Origin: an uncultured Candidatus Rokubacteria bacterium
GTDB lineage: Bacteria > Methylomirabilota > Methylomirabilia > Rokubacteriales > CSP1-6
Length of the DNA stretch: 64,000 bases
Direction of reading: 5' to 3'
Assembly: GCA_963762145.1 (NCBI GenBank)
Contig: CAVXJS010000009.1
Span: 544,001-608,000, forward strand
This document shows, in pieces, positions 31,076-44,274 of the stretch. A model generated the notes under the pieces. It had not been told where the DNA came from. It saw nothing but the letters and a program-made list of their open reading frames with translations, and made no database searches. Within the stretch, counting starts at the first letter, position 1; each line of letters starts with the position of its first letter. The translations under genes and the position numbers were made by a program.

Positions 31076-32251
31076 TCAGAACCGCTCGGTGGCGCCTCCG
31101 CCCCCGAATCTCCCGCCCTCGCCCGCGAAGCCGGGTCGGTCCACGACCGCCGCGGGCGTGAGCGTGGCGACCACCGGCACGACCTCGAGCGCGCGCTGCC
31201 GCCGCTCGTCCGAGAACAGAGGCTCCGCGGTGAAGCCGCCGATCTCCCGCCCGGGGGCCCGCCGCAGCATCCGCTCGACCGCAGGCGCCAGCATCACCAC
31301 CGCAGCCCCGGCCAGGACCAGTACCACCCAGAGCGGCGCCCCCCGCACGTAGTGACGCAGGGTGAGGAGCGAGCAGGCGGCGAGGACGATGCCGGTGTCG
31401 AGCAGGAGCGTGCGCCGCGAGCCCACGCCCCAGGCCAGCACCACCACCGGGACGATCGCGGTGGCGGCCGCCGCCAGCACGCCCGTCCCCGGCCACCGGA
31501 GGCCGGGCTCCGGCGAGAAGCGCGCGACGCTCTCGAGGAGACGCGCGTCCAGCGAGTAGGCGTTGACCGCCGCGTACACCGCGACGATCCCGCCCACGAG
31601 CAGGACGGCCGCCGAGCGGCGGTGCGAGGGAGCCCAGGCCGCGGCGTCCAGTCGACGCGCGCCCGCGCCGGCGAGCGCCACCCCGCCCAGCAGCCAGAGG
31701 AGACGACCGTTGGGCAGCCGCGCCAGGAACAGGAACAGAGAGGCGGCGGCCAGGGCGGCGAAGAGCGGGCTCCCCCACCGTCGGCAACCGGCGGCCCACA
31801 CGAGCGTGCTCGCGATCAGGAGCAGGTCGATCCCGTTGTCGAGCCGAAGCCGGAGCGTCTCGCCGAGGAAGAGCGCGAGGCCGACCAGGAGGAATCCGAC
31901 GCCGAGCACGGCGGTCGCGCCCGCCGCGCCCCGCCGGGCGAGCCGCGGCGACGCCTCCAGCCGGTCGGTCACCACGAGACACGCCCCGGCGAACAGGAGC
32001 AGCGCAGCCTGGACGGCGCCGGAGCTCCCGCGAACCGCGACCGCGAACGCGCCGAAGGTGAAGAGGATCACGGCCGCGACCGCTCCGGCGGTCAGCACCC
32101 GCCACACCGCGGACGGGGTCACGCACGGATCGGGAAAGGTCGCCTGGACCGCCCGCTCCGTCGGCTCGTCGATGAAGCCGGCCCGCCGCCAGCCGTCCGC
32201 GGCACCGTGCACCTGCGCGGCCCGCTCCCAGGCGACCGAGTCCGGTCTCAT
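31076..32251 (-). CDS. Polytopic membrane protein of unknown function with Gly-rich C-terminal tail
   Basis: About 10 hydrophobic segments; ends GFAGEGGRFGGGGATERF; ATGA overlap with upstream gene. Confidence 0.75.
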   Translation of the reverse strand: MRPDSVAWERAAQVHGAADGWRRAGFIDEPTERAVQATFPDPCVTPSAVWRVLTAGAVAAVILFTFGAFAVAVRGSSGAVQAALLLFAGACLVVTDRLEASPRLARRGAAGATAVLGVGFLLVGLALFLGETLRLRLDNGIDLLLIASTLVWAAGCRRWGSPLFAALAAASLFLFLARLPNGRLLWLLGGVALAGAGARRLDAAAWAPSHRRSAAVLLVGGIVAVYAAVNAYSLDARLLESVARFSPEPGLRWPGTGVLAAAATAIVPVVVLAWGVGSRRTLLLDTGIVLAACSLLTLRHYVRGAPLWVVLVLAGAAVVMLAPAVERMLRRAPGREIGGFTAEPLFSDERRQRALEVVPVVATLTPAAVVDRPGFAGEGGRFGGGGATERF

Positions 32252-33207
32252 CGCTTCCGCATCCTCCGGTGGGCCGCCGTGACGACGACGAGCCCGGCCG
32301 CGCCCAGGAGCGCGGCGAGGAGGAAGGCGAGGCTTCGGTGACCGGGCCGCTCGAAGAGGAGGCGGAGGAGCCCGACGTACGCGGCCACGACCGCCTGGGC
32401 GAAGTAGAGGGAGCGGCCGAGACGGAGGGCGAGCCACGCGACGAGGCCCGCGACGGCGAGGAGCGCGACGAGCCAGGCGGTTCGCATCGCTCGGTCCTCG
32501 AGGGCGCCCGAGACGAGCGCGCCGAGGAGCAGGAGCAGGCCCGCGTTGGCGAAGACGTCCTCGAAGTGCGCCTTGCGCCCGAGGCGCACCGAGAGCGCCG
32601 CGGCGGCCAGGTAGACTCCCCCCAGCACGAGGGCATCGGCGCGCAGCCGCGCCTCGTCGAGCCCGGAGCCGCCGTGCGCCAGGCCGAGCGAGATGCCCCG
32701 CCACGCGGCGAGCGTGGCGAGCGCCAGGCCGAGGACGGTCCGCGAGTCCCAGCGGTAGGCCGCGGCCAGGTAGAACGCGCCCACGACGAGGAGGTGGTAC
32801 GGCCAGCTCGGACCGAGCGCGCCGAACTGGACCTCGACGTAGGCGAGGTCCGCGGAGAGGAGCAGGAGGCCCAGGAGCAGGACGTAGTCGAAGGCGACGT
32901 GCGGCGACTCGACCACGCGCCACGAGAACGGCTCCGCCGTGCGGATCACCCACGCGAGGCAGGCGAGGGCGGCGAGCCCGATGCCGCCCGCGATGGTCAG
33001 GCGGCCGATCTCGTGGTGATGGGCGGCGACGAGCACGCCCACGCCCGACGTCAGCAGCAGGACCCCGACGTAGAGCAGGGCCCGGAGCTCGAAGCGGAGC
33101 GAGACGAGCCGCCGCCGGGCGACCCGTTCGAAGAGCGCGGCCTGCCCGTCGGAGAGGACACCGGCGGATCGCAGGCGGCCGATCGCGCTGACGACGTCCG
33201 GATTCAT
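32248..33207 (-). CDS. DUF2157-like polytopic membrane protein
   Basis: N-terminal LRSAGVLS, SLRFELRALLYVGVLL, DYVLLLG, AYRWDSRTVL; many TM segments. Confidence 0.7.
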   Translation of the reverse strand: MNPDVVSAIGRLRSAGVLSDGQAALFERVARRRLVSLRFELRALLYVGVLLLTSGVGVLVAAHHHEIGRLTIAGGIGLAALACLAWVIRTAEPFSWRVVESPHVAFDYVLLLGLLLLSADLAYVEVQFGALGPSWPYHLLVVGAFYLAAAYRWDSRTVLGLALATLAAWRGISLGLAHGGSGLDEARLRADALVLGGVYLAAAALSVRLGRKAHFEDVFANAGLLLLLGALVSGALEDRAMRTAWLVALLAVAGLVAWLALRLGRSLYFAQAVVAAYVGLLRLLFERPGHRSLAFLLAALLGAAGLVVVTAAHRRMRKR

Positions 33208-33244
33208 CGGGCACCTCCCGACGACCGCGTCCGACCACCGCGGG

Positions 33245-36200
33245 TCACTTCGCCACCACGCGGTCGTAGAGCGCCCGCACCCACGCGGTGCGACGGCGAT
33301 AGTCCTCGATGAACTCCTTCCGCGACGGGTAGTCCAGGGTCTTGGCGAGCCGGGCCGGGTTCGGGCCGGCCAGCTCCAGGGTGTCGCCGGGCCGTGTGCC
33401 GAAAAGGCGGAGCCCGAGCGACACCCGCCGCAGGAAGCGGTACTGCTCGGCGAGCGTGGCGCAGTCCTCCGCGGGCAGGAGCCCGGCCACCGCGATCTCG
33501 CGGATGGCGTGCAGGGTGTTGGCGCGGCGCAGGCCCGGATGCCGGGCCCCGTGGCGCATCTGCACCGCCTGGGTGATGAACTCGACGTCCACGAGCCCGC
33601 CGCGCCCGAACTTCACGTGGAAGCGGCCCGGCGTCTCCTTCCCCAGCTCGCGCTCCATGCGCTCCCGCAGGGCGCGCATCTCCTTGAGGTCGGGCGGCGG
33701 CGCCTCGGGCCCGTAGAGCAGCCCGCGGATGCGCCGGCGCACCGCGCGGCCGAGACGCGGATCACCGCCCACGAGCCGGGCGCGCGTGAGGGTCTGTCGC
33801 TCCCACGGATCCGCCCACTCGCGGTAGTAGCGCTCGAGCGCGTCGTCGCTGCTGGCGAAGCCGCTGCCCTTGGAGCCGGGGCGCAGGCGCAGGTCGACCG
33901 CGAAGGCCACGCCGGCCGCGGTGATGTCGCCGAGGAGACCGCTCAGCGCCTCCACCGCGTGGTCGTAGAACACGTGCGCCTCCACCGGCGGCTCGCCGTC
34001 GGTGAACCCGGCGCCCCCGTACACCACGAAGAGGTCGAGATCCGAGCCGGTGGTGAGCTCGCGTCCACCGAACTTGCCGAGACCGATGATGGCCGCGGGC
34101 ACGAGCCGGCCGCGCACGTCGCGCGGGACACCGCCGTGCTGGGCCACCGTCTCCTCGAGCGCCAGCATCCACGCCACCGCGAGGGTGGCCTCGGCGAGCG
34201 CGGTCATCTCCAGCGAGAAGCGCTCCGCGTCGGTCACTCCCAGGAGCATGCGCCAGATGATGCCGAGCTCCTGCGCCTGCTTGAGCCGCCGCAGGACATC
34301 CGCCCGCTCGGCGCGCGCGAGGCGCGGCGCGAGCACGGGGGCCAGCTCGCGACGGAAGTCAGGGGCGCGCTTGTGTGCCGCGAAGGTCTCCGGGCTCGCC
34401 AGGCCATTGAGCAGCTCCGGCTGGGCGATCAGGAGCTCGGTCAGCAGCTCGCCGCGGGAACAGAGCCGGACCAGGTTCGTGAGCAGCTCCGGACGGTCGG
34501 CCAGGAGCTCGAGGTAGGCGGTCCTCGGTCCCGCCGCGGAGACGAACCGCTCGAACTGGCCGAGCGCCTCGTCGGGATCCGGGCTCTGCCAGAGCGCGTC
34601 GAGCAGCACCGGGAAGAGGCGGGCCACCGCGTGGCCGGCCGCGGCCGGGTACGGGATCAGCGGCCGGCCCTCGAGGACCAGCCGGAGATTCTGGCGGGCG
34701 CGATCCGGATCGGTGAACCCGGTCGCCTTGAGCGAGGTATAGCTCGGGATGCGCAGCGGGCGCGCCGCGGCGGCCGGCGGCGCGGCGAAGAACTCGCGGA
34801 AGGCCCGGTGCACGAGCGCGGTCACGCGCCGGTGCTCGACCATGAAGCGCCGCGCCGCGGTGGCCGGAGGCTGCGCCGCGCCCATGCGGCGCGCGAGGAG
34901 CCCGAGCGCGCGCGGCTCCTCCGGCAGCGTGTGGGTCTGGAACTCGTGGACGAGCTGCAGGCGGTGCTCGACGGTGCGGAGATAGACGAGCGCGTCGCCC
35001 AGCTCGCGCCCGAGCGCGTGCGACAGGTAGCCCCGCTCGGTGAGGCGGAAGATCGCGCGCAGGCTGTTCCGCTCCCGCAGCCACGGGTCGTCGCCGCCGT
35101 AGAGGAGCTGCATCGCCTGGATGAGGAACTCCACCTCGCGGATGCCCCCGCGGCCGAGCTTGACGTTGCGATGCGAGGCGTCCTTGCCCCGGAGCGAGCG
35201 GTCGATCTGGGTCTTCATCTCGCGCACCGCGCGCACGATGGCCGGGTCGAGGCCGGGCCGGTAGACGAACGGGCGCACCGCCTCGAAGAAGTGCCCGGCC
35301 ACCGCCTCGTCGCCGGCGCAGAGGCGCGCCTTGATGAGGGCCTGCCGCTCCCAGAGCTCGGCGCGGTCGGCGAAGTAGGTGCGATAGCCGGCCACCGACC
35401 GGATCAACGCCCCCGAGCGCCCCTCGGGGCGCAGGCGCAGATCCACCCGGAAGACGTGGCCCTCCTCGGTGACCGACTCGAGCGTGTCCACGATGGACCG
35501 GACCGCCTGGGTGAAGAACTCGCCGTTGGCGATGCGGCCCGACTCGCCCCCCGCGGTCTCCCCGTCCTCGCCGTAGACGAAGATCGGATCGATGTCCGAG
35601 GAGTAGTTGAGCTCCTCGCCGCCGAGCTTGCCCATGCCGATGACCGCGAGCCCGGTGGGCGCGCCGTCGACCCCGATCGGCGCGCCGTAGAGCCGCTCGA
35701 GGCGCTCGCGCGCCCAGTCCCAGGCCGCGGCCAGGCACACGTCGGCCATGTGCGACAGCTCCTCGGTGGTCACGGTGAGATCGGCGTCGCCCAGGATATC
35801 GCGGCACCCGATGCGCAGGAGCTGGCGGTACTTGAAGCGGCGGAGCGCGTTGAGCCGCGCCTCGGGCCGCTCGAAGGCCTTGAGGCTCGTGGCCAGATCC
35901 TCCGCCAGCTCGTCGGCCAGCCACTGCCGCATCGTCCGCGGCTCCAGCAGCCAGGGCAGCAGCGTGGGATAGCGCCGGAGGGTGTCGGCCAGGAACTGGC
36001 TGGTGCCGCCCAGACGCGCGAGGAGCGGGATGGCGCCCGGATGCGCGCCGAGCAGGCGGAGGAAGGAGACGTGCTCGCGCTGGGCGGCGAGGCGCTCGAG
36101 ATTGTTGAGCGCCATGTCCGGATCCGGGGCCGCGGCAAGCTCGGAGAGCAGGCGCGCCAGCGCGGGCGCGAGCAGCTCGGCCTCGCGCGGCGTGGGCGTC

Positions 36201-36307
36201 AGCGCGTGCAGGTTGCGCAACGCCGCCGCGGGATCCGCGAAGCCCAGGCGCTTGAGCTCACGCAGCGCGGTCCGACTATCCGGCGCGGCCGCGAGCAAGT
36301 CCTTCAA
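33245..36307 (-). CDS. glnE: Bifunctional glutamine synthetase adenylyltransferase/deadenylyltransferase
   Basis: Two NT domains: MGKLGGEELNYSSDID / VDLRLRPEG / WERQAL and LGKFGGRELTTGSDLD / VDLRLRP / GGLVDVEF. Confidence 0.95.
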   Translation of the reverse strand: MKDLLAAAPDSRTALRELKRLGFADPAAALRNLHALTPTPREAELLAPALARLLSELAAAPDPDMALNNLERLAAQREHVSFLRLLGAHPGAIPLLARLGGTSQFLADTLRRYPTLLPWLLEPRTMRQWLADELAEDLATSLKAFERPEARLNALRRFKYRQLLRIGCRDILGDADLTVTTEELSHMADVCLAAAWDWARERLERLYGAPIGVDGAPTGLAVIGMGKLGGEELNYSSDIDPIFVYGEDGETAGGESGRIANGEFFTQAVRSIVDTLESVTEEGHVFRVDLRLRPEGRSGALIRSVAGYRTYFADRAELWERQALIKARLCAGDEAVAGHFFEAVRPFVYRPGLDPAIVRAVREMKTQIDRSLRGKDASHRNVKLGRGGIREVEFLIQAMQLLYGGDDPWLRERNSLRAIFRLTERGYLSHALGRELGDALVYLRTVEHRLQLVHEFQTHTLPEEPRALGLLARRMGAAQPPATAARRFMVEHRRVTALVHRAFREFFAAPPAAAARPLRIPSYTSLKATGFTDPDRARQNLRLVLEGRPLIPYPAAAGHAVARLFPVLLDALWQSPDPDEALGQFERFVSAAGPRTAYLELLADRPELLTNLVRLCSRGELLTELLIAQPELLNGLASPETFAAHKRAPDFRRELAPVLAPRLARAERADVLRRLKQAQELGIIWRMLLGVTDAERFSLEMTALAEATLAVAWMLALEETVAQHGGVPRDVRGRLVPAAIIGLGKFGGRELTTGSDLDLFVVYGGAGFTDGEPPVEAHVFYDHAVEALSGLLGDITAAGVAFAVDLRLRPGSKGSGFASSDDALERYYREWADPWERQTLTRARLVGGDPRLGRAVRRRIRGLLYGPEAPPPDLKEMRALRERMERELGKETPGRFHVKFGRGGLVDVEFITQAVQMRHGARHPGLRRANTLHAIREIAVAGLLPAEDCATLAEQYRFLRRVSLGLRLFGTRPGDTLELAGPNPARLAKTLDYPSRKEFIEDYRRRTAWVRALYDRVVAK

Positions 36308-36351
36308 GGGCTACCCGCTACCTGCGGAAGGGCCGGGGGGCGGCCATCACG

Positions 36352-36401
36352 GGTTGTCCGCCGACTGGGGGAGTGCGGGGGCCATGTCTGGGCCCCCGCA
36401 T
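36352..36401 (+). repeat. Hairpin repeat, family B
   Basis: Core GACTGGGGGAGTGCGGGGGCCATGTCTGGGCCCCCGCAT (36363-36401) matches 57454-57492 at 38/39; 10-bp stem. Confidence 0.85.
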
Positions 36402-36466
36402 ATGGAGGGCCTGAAGAAGTAAACGGTAATCCGCGCCGGAACGGTTGACAGCACAGAAACCCGAAG

Positions 36467-36502
36467 CCCCTCACCCTGCCCTCTCCCCACCAGGGGAGAG
36501 GG
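36467..36502 (+). repeat. REP-like palindromic repeat, family A
   Basis: CCCCTCACCCTGCCCTCTCCCC-ACCA-GGGGAGAGGG just downstream of glnB. Confidence 0.85.
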
Positions 36503-36513
36503 TGATGGAGAGC

Positions 36514-38357
<1,844 letters not shown>

Positions 38358-39965
38358 CTAGGCCTCCTCTTCCAGGATCGGGTACACCAGCGCGGTGATG
38401 TGGGACGAGATGCGCTTGAGATTGGTCAACACGTCGAGATGGATCTCGGACGTCTCGAGCGACTCGGCCAGCCCGCGCCGCAGCCGGGCCAGGTGCGAGT
38501 CGCGGAGCTCGCGCTCGCGCTGCCGCATCAGCGGCCGCATGTCGAGCACCTCCCGGGCGAGGCTGCGGTCGTTGGCCGCGAAGCTCGCGATGGCCCGCTC
38601 GAGGTTCTTCGAGACGAGTGAGTGGAACTCGATCAGCTCGGCCTCGCCCGCCTCCGAGAAGCGGCGGCCCTGGTAGAGCTTCTTCCGCGCGAGCTCCATC
38701 AGGTTCTTGTCGATGATGTCACCGATGTTCTCGAGGTTCCCGATGAAGGAGATCAGGGCGATCTCCTTCTGGGCCATGTCCGCGCTCATGGTCTCCCGCC
38801 CGAGCCGCGCGATGAAGAGCTTGATCTCGCGGTCGAGGTAGTCGAGCTGGTCGTCGCGCCGCTCCACGTCCTCCAGCAGCTCCTGGTTGGCGGTCCGGAG
38901 CACCACCATAGCATCGCGCAGCATGCTCTGGGCGACGTCGCCCATGCGCAGCGCTTCGCGCGTCGCCTGCCCGATCGCGAGGGCCGGCTGGTCCAGGTAA
39001 CGGTCGTCGAGGTAGCGCGTGCGGTAGGGATTGTCGCCGCGCTCCTCCTCCGGCACCAGCGCGGTGATCACCCGGGCCGCCCAGGGCGCGAAGGGCAGGA
39101 AGAGCGCGCTGATCGCCACGTTGAAGAAGGTGTGGGCATTGGCGATCTGGCGGGCCACGTCGCCCGCGGTCTGGGAGACCAGACTCGTGAGCGGCCCGAT
39201 GAACGGGAAGACGAGCGCGACCCCGAGGACCTTGAACGCGATGTGGGCCACCGCGACCCGGCGCGCGTCGGAGGAGGAGCGCAGGCTCGCGGCCAGCGCG
39301 GTGGCGCACGTGCCGATGTTGGCGCCCAGCACCACCGGGATCGCGGCGCCGAGGGGCAGCAGCCCCTGGTGGCCGAGCGAGAGGGTGAGGCCGATGGTGG
39401 CCGCGGAGGAGGCCATGCTCGCGCTCAGCACCGCGCCGACCAGCAGGGAGAGGAACTGGTTGTCGGCCAGCGCCACCAGCACCTGCCGCGTCAGCTCGTT
39501 CTCGGTGAGGGGAGCGAGGCCGTCGTTCATCACCTTCATGCCGAGGAAGATGAAGCCGAAGCCCAGGATCACCTGCCCCAGGCTCTTCACCAGGCCGCGG
39601 CGCGCGAAGAAGCTCATCGCGAAGCCGGCGCCGACCAGGAGCAGCGAGAGCTCCTGGACCTTGAAGGCGAGGAGCTGGACGGTCACGGTGGTGCCGATGT
39701 CGGCGCCCAGGATCACGCCGAGCGACTGGGGGAACGTGACGAGTCCCGCCGAGACGAAGCCGATGAGCATCAGGGTGGTCGCCGACGAGGACTGGATGAT
39801 CGACGTCACCAGCGCGCCCGAGGCCACCGCGGCGAGGCGGGTGCGCGTCATGCTGGTCAGCAGGTGGCGCAGGTGGCCGCCCGCGGCACGCTGCAGGCCC
39901 TCGCCGATGAGCTGCATGCCGTAGAGCAGCAGGGCGAGGCCGCCGAAGAGGGCGAGGAGCGTCAT
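38358..39965 (-). CDS. Na+/Pi cotransporter family protein with PhoU-like C-terminus
   Basis: IIQSSSATT, LGADIGTT, LGANIGT, ANAHTFFN, soluble helical C-terminus ending LKRISSH. Confidence 0.92.
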   Translation of the reverse strand: MTLLALFGGLALLLYGMQLIGEGLQRAAGGHLRHLLTSMTRTRLAAVASGALVTSIIQSSSATTLMLIGFVSAGLVTFPQSLGVILGADIGTTVTVQLLAFKVQELSLLLVGAGFAMSFFARRGLVKSLGQVILGFGFIFLGMKVMNDGLAPLTENELTRQVLVALADNQFLSLLVGAVLSASMASSAATIGLTLSLGHQGLLPLGAAIPVVLGANIGTCATALAASLRSSSDARRVAVAHIAFKVLGVALVFPFIGPLTSLVSQTAGDVARQIANAHTFFNVAISALFLPFAPWAARVITALVPEEERGDNPYRTRYLDDRYLDQPALAIGQATREALRMGDVAQSMLRDAMVVLRTANQELLEDVERRDDQLDYLDREIKLFIARLGRETMSADMAQKEIALISFIGNLENIGDIIDKNLMELARKKLYQGRRFSEAGEAELIEFHSLVSKNLERAIASFAANDRSLAREVLDMRPLMRQRERELRDSHLARLRRGLAESLETSEIHLDVLTNLKRISSHITALVYPILEEEA

Positions 39966-39966
39966 C

Positions 39967-40599
39967 TCAGGGGCTCAGCGGGGCGGTGACCGCGACGTCG
40001 ATGTCGCGCAGGTGGCCGGTCTCGTTCACCGAGACCACCCGCGGCGGGGCGATCTCGGAGAGCGAGCAGTTGGCGACCGCGATCCGCCAGATCGAGGACA
40101 GCGGCAGGCCGAGCCAGTGGGCGAGGAGGGCGCTGATCACGCCGCCGTGGGAGACGATCAACACGTCGTCGCCGTTCGGATGCGCGGCCGCGATCCGGCC
40201 GACCGCCTGGACCACGCGCGCCTGCACGTCGGCGAGCGGCTCGCCGCCCGGCGGCAGGCACTGCACCGGATCGCGCACCCACCGGGCATAGGGATCGCCG
40301 GGCTGGGTGCGGATCTCCTCGACCGTGCAGCCCTCCCACTCGCCCAGCGACAGCTCGCGGAGGTCGTCCACCATCGTGAGCGGCACGCCGAGACCGCCCA
40401 GCGCGATCTCGGCGGTGCGCCGGGCGCGCTCGAGCGGGCTCGCGTAGACGTGGGCGATCGGCCGCCGGCCCATCGCCAGGCCGAGCGCCTCCGCCTGGCG
40501 GATGCCGAGCGGCGACAGCGCCACGTCCTGCGCCCCCTGGAAGCGCCTCACCGCGTTGGAGACGGACTGGCCGTGGCGCGCGAGCAGGAGGCGCCTCAC
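39967..40599 (-). CDS. Histidine phosphatase (phosphoglycerate mutase/CobC-like)
   Basis: LARHGQS, SPLERARRTA, LRELSLGEWEG, VSHGG; GTGA overlap with gltX. Confidence 0.92.
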   Translation of the reverse strand: MRRLLLARHGQSVSNAVRRFQGAQDVALSPLGIRQAEALGLAMGRRPIAHVYASPLERARRTAEIALGGLGVPLTMVDDLRELSLGEWEGCTVEEIRTQPGDPYARWVRDPVQCLPPGGEPLADVQARVVQAVGRIAAAHPNGDDVLIVSHGGVISALLAHWLGLPLSSIWRIAVANCSLSEIAPPRVVSVNETGHLRDIDVAVTAPLSP

Positions 40600-42017
40600 C
40601 GCCTGGCCTCCACCGCGGCCGCGGCGGCCTTGAGCCGGGCCACCGCCTCCGGCTTGCCGAGGATGCTCACCACCTCGAAGATCGAGGGGCTCGCGGTCTT
40701 GCCGGTCAGCGCGATGCGCGTGAGCTGGGCCAGGTCCACGAGCTTGAGTCCGAGGTCGGCGGCGAGGAAGCGGTAGAGCTCCTCCAGCGCCTGCGGATCC
40801 ATCGCTTCCTGAGCCTCGAGGCGCTTGATCAGGATCGCGTAGCGCTCGGGAGCCTGCTCCTTCCAGAACTTGGCGGTGGACTGCGGGTCGTAGGCATCCG
40901 GCGGGCGCAGGTAGAACGCGGCCTGCTCGGCCATCTCGAACAGCGTGCGCGCCCGCTCCTTGAGCGTGTCCACCACCCGCGCGAGCCAGCCGAGATCGCG
41001 CGGAGGGGGCAGACCGGCCCGCTCGAGGAAAGGGACCAGCTCCTCGGCGAGGCGGGCGGCGGGCAGCCGCTTGATCCACTGGTGGTTCACCCACGTGAAC
41101 TTCTCCAGGTCGAAGACCGCGTCGGCCGCGCCCACGTGGGCCAGGTCGAAGTGCCGGATCAGCTCCTCTCGCGAGAAGATCTCTTGATCCCCGTGGGACC
41201 AGCCGAGGCGCGCCAGGTAGTTCAGCATGGCCTCGGGCAGGATCCCCATGTCCCGGAAGGCCAGCACCGAGGTGGCGCCGTGCCGCTTGGAGAGCCGCGT
41301 CTTGTCCGCGGCCAGGATCATCGGGATGTGCGCGAAGACCGGCAGCGGATAGCCGAGGGCCTGGTAGCAGAGCACCTGCTTCGGCGTGTTCGAGAGGTGA
41401 TCGCTGCCGCGAATGACGTGGGTGATCTTCATGGTCACGTCGTCCACGACCACGCAGAAGTTGTAGGTCGGCGTGCCGTCGGTCCGGACGAGGATCCAGT
41501 CGTCCAGCTCGGCGTGGCTGAACACCACGCGGCCCCGGTTCACGTCGTCCACCACCGTCTCGCCCTCGCGCGGAATCGCCAGACGCAGGGCGTGCGGCTC
41601 GGAGGCGGGCACGTTGGCCGCGCGGCAGGTCCCCGGGTAACGGAACGTCTCCTTGCGGGCCTCCGCGCTCTTCCGCAGCGCGTCCAGCGTCTCCGGCGTG
41701 CACCGGCAGCGATAGGCACGGCCCTCCGCGAGCAGCCGCTCGGCGTGCGCGCGGTAGATGTCGAGGCGCTCGGTCTGGCGATAGCCGGGGGTGGGCGGAC
41801 CCTCGTCCCAGTCGAGGCCGAGCCAGCGCAGCGCCTCGAGGAGCGACTGGGTGAACTCCTCGGTGGAGCGCGAGCGATCGGTGTCCTCGATCCGGAGCAC
41901 GTACGCGCCCTGGTGGTGGCGCGCGTAGAGCCAGTTGAAGAGCGCGGTGCGGGCTCCGCCCACGTGGAGATGTCCCGTGGGACTGGGAGGAAAGCGCACG
42001 CGAACGGAATCGGACAT
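40596..42017 (-). CDS. gltX: Glutamate--tRNA ligase
   Basis: [38 protein letters not shown]. Confidence 0.97.
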   Translation of the reverse strand: MSDSVRVRFPPSPTGHLHVGGARTALFNWLYARHHQGAYVLRIEDTDRSRSTEEFTQSLLEALRWLGLDWDEGPPTPGYRQTERLDIYRAHAERLLAEGRAYRCRCTPETLDALRKSAEARKETFRYPGTCRAANVPASEPHALRLAIPREGETVVDDVNRGRVVFSHAELDDWILVRTDGTPTYNFCVVVDDVTMKITHVIRGSDHLSNTPKQVLCYQALGYPLPVFAHIPMILAADKTRLSKRHGATSVLAFRDMGILPEAMLNYLARLGWSHGDQEIFSREELIRHFDLAHVGAADAVFDLEKFTWVNHQWIKRLPAARLAEELVPFLERAGLPPPRDLGWLARVVDTLKERARTLFEMAEQAAFYLRPPDAYDPQSTAKFWKEQAPERYAILIKRLEAQEAMDPQALEELYRFLAADLGLKLVDLAQLTRIALTGKTASPSIFEVVSILGKPEAVARLKAAAAAVEARR

Positions 42018-42059
42018 GGAGCTTCATTGTACTCCGGGCGACCGCCCCGCCCGCGGACG

Positions 42060-42159
42060 CCCGGGAGGTTTCCCGGGGAGGTCTCCCGGGAAGTCCCGGA
42101 GGGCCTCCCCCAGGGACCGCCCCAAGGGTCTGCCCCAAGGGTCTGCCCCAAGGGTCTGC
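42060..42159. repeat. Degenerate 10-13 bp tandem repeat array in the gltX/glnS divergent region
   Basis: Three exact CCCAAGGGTCTGC units at 42121-42159 preceded by about five degenerate CCC...GG units. Confidence 0.75.
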
Positions 42160-42177
42160 AATGTTACGATCAGGCCC

Positions 42178-43859
<1,682 letters not shown>

Positions 43860-43873
43860 GCCCCGCGGCCAGG

Positions 43874-44269
43874 TCAGAACTCCGCGTATATCTCCAGAAG
43901 GTTGCCGTCGGGATCGAAGAAGAAGAGCGTGCGGTGTCGAAAGGGCTGGTCGGTCGGCGGCGACAGGAGGGGGATTCCCGCCGCGGACAGCTCGGCGGCA
44001 CAGACGTCTACCGCCTCGTAGGGAACCCGGAACGCAAGCTGCACCGAGGCGATGCCGGCCGGGGGCGTCGGGCTCTCGCCGAATCTGAAGCGGCCCGCCA
44101 GGGCCAGGATGTTCGGGCCGATGCGATACTCGACCCAGTTCGGGGATAGCTCACGCACGAACTGAAATCGCAAGGTGCGCTCGTAAAACGCGCGCATCGC
44201 TTCCATGTCGCGCACGCGAACGACCGTGTAGTCCAGCGCCTGAATGGCCGACAGTCCGGCAGGGCCCAT
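43874..44269 (-). CDS. VOC/glyoxalase family protein
   Basis: LDYTVVRVRDMEAMRAFY, QLAFRV, HRTLFFFDPDGNLLEI. Confidence 0.88.
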   Translation of the reverse strand: MGPAGLSAIQALDYTVVRVRDMEAMRAFYERTLRFQFVRELSPNWVEYRIGPNILALAGRFRFGESPTPPAGIASVQLAFRVPYEAVDVCAAELSAAGIPLLSPPTDQPFRHRTLFFFDPDGNLLEIYAEF

Positions 44270-44274
44270 CCGGT

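Noticed and set aside
33509-36448. Long antisense ORFs opposite glnE and many other genes
   Set aside because: Expected shadow ORFs in high-GC DNA; Arg/Ala/Gly-rich with no recognisable motifs
36445-36450. TTGACA on the plus strand between glnE and glnB
   Set aside because: No -10 hexamer at 16-18 nt and it points antisense to glnB
42060-42159. Possible CRISPR array
   Set aside because: Units are 10-13 bp with no unique spacers and there are no cas genes
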